Source: Blepharisma stoltei ATCC 30299 (lineage: Eukaryota > Protista > Ciliophora). From it: DNA of 64,000 nt. The notes beneath the pieces were generated by a model, which saw only the letters and a program-made list of their open reading frames with translations, did no database searches and was not told the DNA's origin. The translations under genes were made by a program, and so were the position numbers. Below, piece after piece: positions 60,945 to 64,000 of this stretch (the first letter of the stretch is position 1; each line of letters begins with the position of its first letter). The stretch lies in assembly GCA_965603825.1 (NCBI GenBank), contig CBFDEM010000011.1, forward strand, positions 1,054,001 to 1,118,000, read 5' to 3'.

Positions 60945-61412
60945 TTAAGGCTCGTTTCCCACCTGGTTTTCTAATTCTGAAATTCTTCTCTGCAAAGCGA
61001 TCAGCTGCTGCTCTAATGCAGTTTTTTCACCTTTAAGCTGAGTGATTTGCTGCTGAAGCCGGCTATTTTCAGCTTTTTGATGAGAAAAATGTCTTTTCAT
61101 CTCCTCTTCAACTCTTGAAATTTCGTTCATCAAGCTTTTTCTAACATCATTTACTTTCATATTCAGCACATTTTCCAATGTGTCTTTTTCTGATCTTAGG
61201 ATTTGGACTTCTTTTTTGTGGAAATTCATTTCTTCAGTTATTTGTCTGATCATTTCTTCAAGACTTAAAAGTTTCCCCTTCAAGGAAGCTGAGCCTGCAG
61301 CAGTTTGAGTGCCGGAAAGAGAGACCATTGACCCTTGAGTTTGAGCCATCCTGCTTTGAGGGGAAGCTGTTTCTTCGAGACCTGGACGGAATGATCCTGT
61401 AGTGCTTCTCAT
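60945..61412 (-). CDS. Coiled-coil protein (155 aa), possibly cortical/cytoskeletal
   Basis: ATG 61412 (MRSTTGSF); continuous heptad pattern; ends TAA. Confidence 0.8.
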   Translation of the reverse strand: MRSTTGSFRPGLEETASPQSRMAQTQGSMVSLSGTQTAAGSASLKGKLLSLEEMIRQITEEMNFHKKEVQILRSEKDTLENVLNMKVNDVRKSLMNEISRVEEEMKRHFSHQKAENSRLQQQITQLKGEKTALEQQLIALQRRISELENQVGNEP

Positions 61413-61651
61413 ATTTTTTATATAATAAATCAAATGGAGTATAAAGGAGAAATTACATTTCAAATAAATAGATCTTTTATATTTATTATACAGCTTCTAA
61501 ATTGAGATTTTTGAATTGTAGCTAATTATTATTTTTAAGTAATTTTTACGTTAAATTATTAGCAGTTGTGCCAATAAGAAATAACCCGATATTTAGATTA
61601 ATTTTAAAGCAAGGAAAAAAGATATATTTGCATTAACACGCCATTAAGTAA

Positions 61652-62221
61652 ATGAAAAGTGTTTTGTATTATAAAGACAGATTTTATGATCACATCCACA
61701 CAGTCCACAAACCAACTTACTACGATATTTTACCTGGAAAAAGACCATATTCAGTTCTTAGAAAAAGAGTTATTTCACTTATAAGGGAACCAAAAGAACT
61801 TGATCCTGTTAATATTTTAAGGTCACAAAATGAAGAAATCTTTATCAGTCCCCACAAGCCTGCACTATTTAAATGTGAGTTAAGACCGAAAATCAAGCGA
61901 AGAAACGTGCTTTCTTTAGATGGAAAATCTTATGAAAAATTAATACAAGATAGAAATAAAATCCAGGATGGAGCCATAACTGATAGATCTATAAGAAGAA
62001 GCATTTCGCCATTACCACTCAGAACTGATATAAACAAATTATGCAATATTAAGCCCATCCTCCCTAAGCGTTCACAAAGTGTAGGGAGAAAGTCTATGAA
62101 AATGATTATAAAAATCCCTGTAGAAAAAATTAGAGAAGAAGTGCCAATTACGTCATGGGAGCAAAGTCCTCATGATATGAAATTTATATACGATTACTAC
62201 AATCTCCCAACCGTCAAATAA
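61652..62221 (+). CDS. Hypothetical basic protein
   Basis: Intact 189-aa ORF. Confidence 0.7.
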   Translation: MKSVLYYKDRFYDHIHTVHKPTYYDILPGKRPYSVLRKRVISLIREPKELDPVNILRSQNEEIFISPHKPALFKCELRPKIKRRNVLSLDGKSYEKLIQDRNKIQDGAITDRSIRRSISPLPLRTDINKLCNIKPILPKRSQSVGRKSMKMIIKIPVEKIREEVPITSWEQSPHDMKFIYDYYNLPTVK

Positions 62222-62248
62222 CAATTTTCGATACTGCTTATTTATAAG

Positions 62249-63154
62249 CTAAATAATATTGCATGCACAAATATCTCTCTTAATATCTTCAATCTTTGCC
62301 AACCCTCCTTTCCCTTCTCCTTGCACAACAGGTTTAAAAGTTTTACTGTACGCTCTTCTTACATTCTGATAGCAAATTTGGCACAAGTTTTCTTTGATAA
62401 TTTGTACAGGGACTTGGCTCCTAATAAACTCTTTCAGCTCATTCAGTTCATTTTCTACCTTTTTCTTCTCTTCAAGCATTCCATTAATTTTCAGTCTCAT
62501 GATTTCTACCTCTTCATGGCCTCTAGCTGTTTTTTGTACAGTTCTTTCTTCTATAGACTGTGAAGCTTCTAATTGTAATTTTAATTCTTTTATTTCTTCT
62601 TCCATCTTATAGTTATTGTCACATTCTTTTTGGAACTGCTGGTCTAGTTCCCATTCTTTTCGCTCATGATCAGCCTGCTGCTCTTTTTGTTTATTTTCAA
62701 GTTTGCGTGATTTTGAGATAAATTTTGTGAGCTGCTTGGTTTTGTCGTTGCGTTCTTCAATACATTTTTGGATTTCTTGGGCTATTTCTTGCTTAACTGC
62801 TTGGGATTTTGAATCAGTCTCTTCTACAAGCTTTTCGTGATGGCAGGATTCACAAAGACGCTCTTCTTCAGCACCCTTGGAAATAGAATGGTCCTTGCAG
62901 ACTAGTCTGCCACAAGATAAGCAGGTATGCTTTTTTTGAATCAGTGTAAATGGGGTTTCACAAATATAACAAACTTCATTGGTTTCAATGACTTTATTGA
63001 ACAGGTTAACTGATAAGTTGACTGGCTGGGTAATCAGACCTACAGTGCCTTTTGCTAGACCTTTTAATGCCCTTTGAGCAATATTAGGATCAGATGGAGA
63101 GCTTGAAGAGCTGTTGTTAGAGTTAAACTTTAAGAGATTGGTAAAGTTTTTCAT
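62249..63154 (-). CDS. FYVE-like zinc finger + coiled coil with C-terminal CaaX (CNII)
   Basis: CYICETPF...KKHTCLSCGRLVCKDHS...RLCESC; ends CACNII*. Confidence 0.85.
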   Translation of the reverse strand: MKNFTNLLKFNSNNSSSSSPSDPNIAQRALKGLAKGTVGLITQPVNLSVNLFNKVIETNEVCYICETPFTLIQKKHTCLSCGRLVCKDHSISKGAEEERLCESCHHEKLVEETDSKSQAVKQEIAQEIQKCIEERNDKTKQLTKFISKSRKLENKQKEQQADHERKEWELDQQFQKECDNNYKMEEEIKELKLQLEASQSIEERTVQKTARGHEEVEIMRLKINGMLEEKKKVENELNELKEFIRSQVPVQIIKENLCQICYQNVRRAYSKTFKPVVQGEGKGGLAKIEDIKRDICACNII

Positions 63155-63341
63155 GTTTTTATTACCATATTAAAAACTCTTTTTTAGATTTTATAATAAT
63201 TTAGATTCCATTAGAAAATAATGATATAAAAGTTGATTTTATATAAAAAAATTTTTCATCATTTCACTATTTTTGAGATTTTGGCAATCATCCTATATTT
63301 TTATAAGACATTTGGTTAATAAGGCATGCTTAGGAATATTT

Positions 63342-63998
63342 TTAATTGCTAGGGCATGTATTAGAGTTCGTAGGAGAAACTTCAAATTTCAGCTCCCTCC
63401 AGTTCAGCTGGGCTTCTGGAAATTCGTTATATCCTTTAGAATTTCGGCACTCCGATCTAGAAGTGTCATCATCTAATATACCACAAAACATATAGCTGCA
63501 GTTGGCAAAGCCAAATTTATTAGCTCTATAAATGTCTTGATTGCAGACAGGACACTTATGCTCTCTTCCATCAGACATCTCCAAAATTGCGTCGAACTTG
63601 CCCATACCCAAACAAATGCACACTCTTTGTTTGTAGGCAACACATTCATGATTCATGCAAATTCCTTCTAAAACCAATCCTGATTTTTTGATTTTTCACA
63701 CCGGAACTACTGTATCTCTCCTCCCACTGTTATTATCACTAATAAGCACTGTAATAATTTCGCTTTGCTCAACTCCATAGTCAAGAAGCGTGTTGTTATC
63801 GTCCAGCTCAATTTCTTTATACAGGATTTTGACTTTATTTCGATAATCCCCACTCCCGCAGAACCTTTTCCTTAAATTCGAAATTTTTTCATTCCTTGGT
63901 AATGACGCTCTGAGGACCTTTTTGGTATTTTCACAAATCATAAAGGAAAGTGTTATTTTTTCAGTTAAATCTTCAGTAACTTCGAGCGAAAGAGAGTC
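63342..63998 (-). CDS. 5'-truncated ubiquitin-like domain + Cys-rich domain protein
   Basis: Frame is open to the window edge. ILYKEIELDDNNTLLDYGV is Ubl-like, followed by PVW(TGA)KIKKSGLVLEGICMNHECVAY...CPVC...FGFANC. Confidence 0.8.
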
Positions 63999-64000
63999 TC

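Noticed and set aside
556-63476. Numerous 60-140 aa antisense or alternate-frame ORFs in the track (e.g. 13677-13982, 16110-16409, 41639-42055)
   Set aside because: Shadows of real genes on the opposite strand or frame, with no motifs
1-64000. Many genes look like pseudogenes or split ORFs under the standard code
   Set aside because: Breaks are TGA at Trp positions or 15-nt introns; the frames are otherwise intact
1-64000. Mycoplasma or mitochondrial origin (also TGA=Trp)
   Set aside because: Content is eukaryotic nuclear (condensin, exportin, TOM40, AGC kinase) with GT-AG introns
1-64000. TAA/TAG=Gln ciliate code, or all-stop ambiguous code
   Set aside because: Internal TAA/TAG in intact genes occur only inside consensus 15-nt introns, and genes end at TAA/TAG
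1-64000. tRNA, rRNA, CRISPR arrays, transposase genes
   Set aside because: No cloverleaf, rRNA motif, repeat-spacer array or DDE/RT motif seen by eye; tRNAscan and Rfam were not run

Overview
This is AT-rich, very gene-dense eukaryotic nuclear DNA. It is most consistent with a heterotrich ciliate macronuclear genome of the Blepharisma type; this taxon is inferred, not seen directly. Two properties explain why the supplied standard-code ORF track is fragmented. First, TGA is read as Trp and only TAA/TAG terminate. TGA occupies invariant Trp sites in GCLC, a PH domain, a RING-H2, a MOSC domain and a K+ channel, and it swaps with TGG between two tandem paralogs. Second, genes carry tiny 15-nt spliceosomal introns (10 found), all GTA...A(pos 10)....AG. 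Re-read this way, the window holds about 41 protein genes. Recognisable ones include an AGC kinase, OSBP, an inositol polyphosphate kinase, two SK-type and one CNG/KCNH-type channel, ADA2-like, TOM40, HEATR3-like, GCLC, condensin H, two papain-family proteins and exportin-7. A decaying tandem cluster of B-box/TPR genes lies at about 26-31 kb. The most unusual items are an Unkempt-type CCCH zinc-finger fused to a Schlafen AlbA_2 domain with intact acidic catalytic residues, an LNR(Notch)-TM-RING-H2 receptor-like ligase, and a pseudokinase-UBR-SPRY protein. There are also several apparent pseudoenzymes (cathepsin Cys->Gly, MOSC Cys->Gly). No tRNA, rRNA, CRISPR, telomere tract or recognisable transposon was found by eye.
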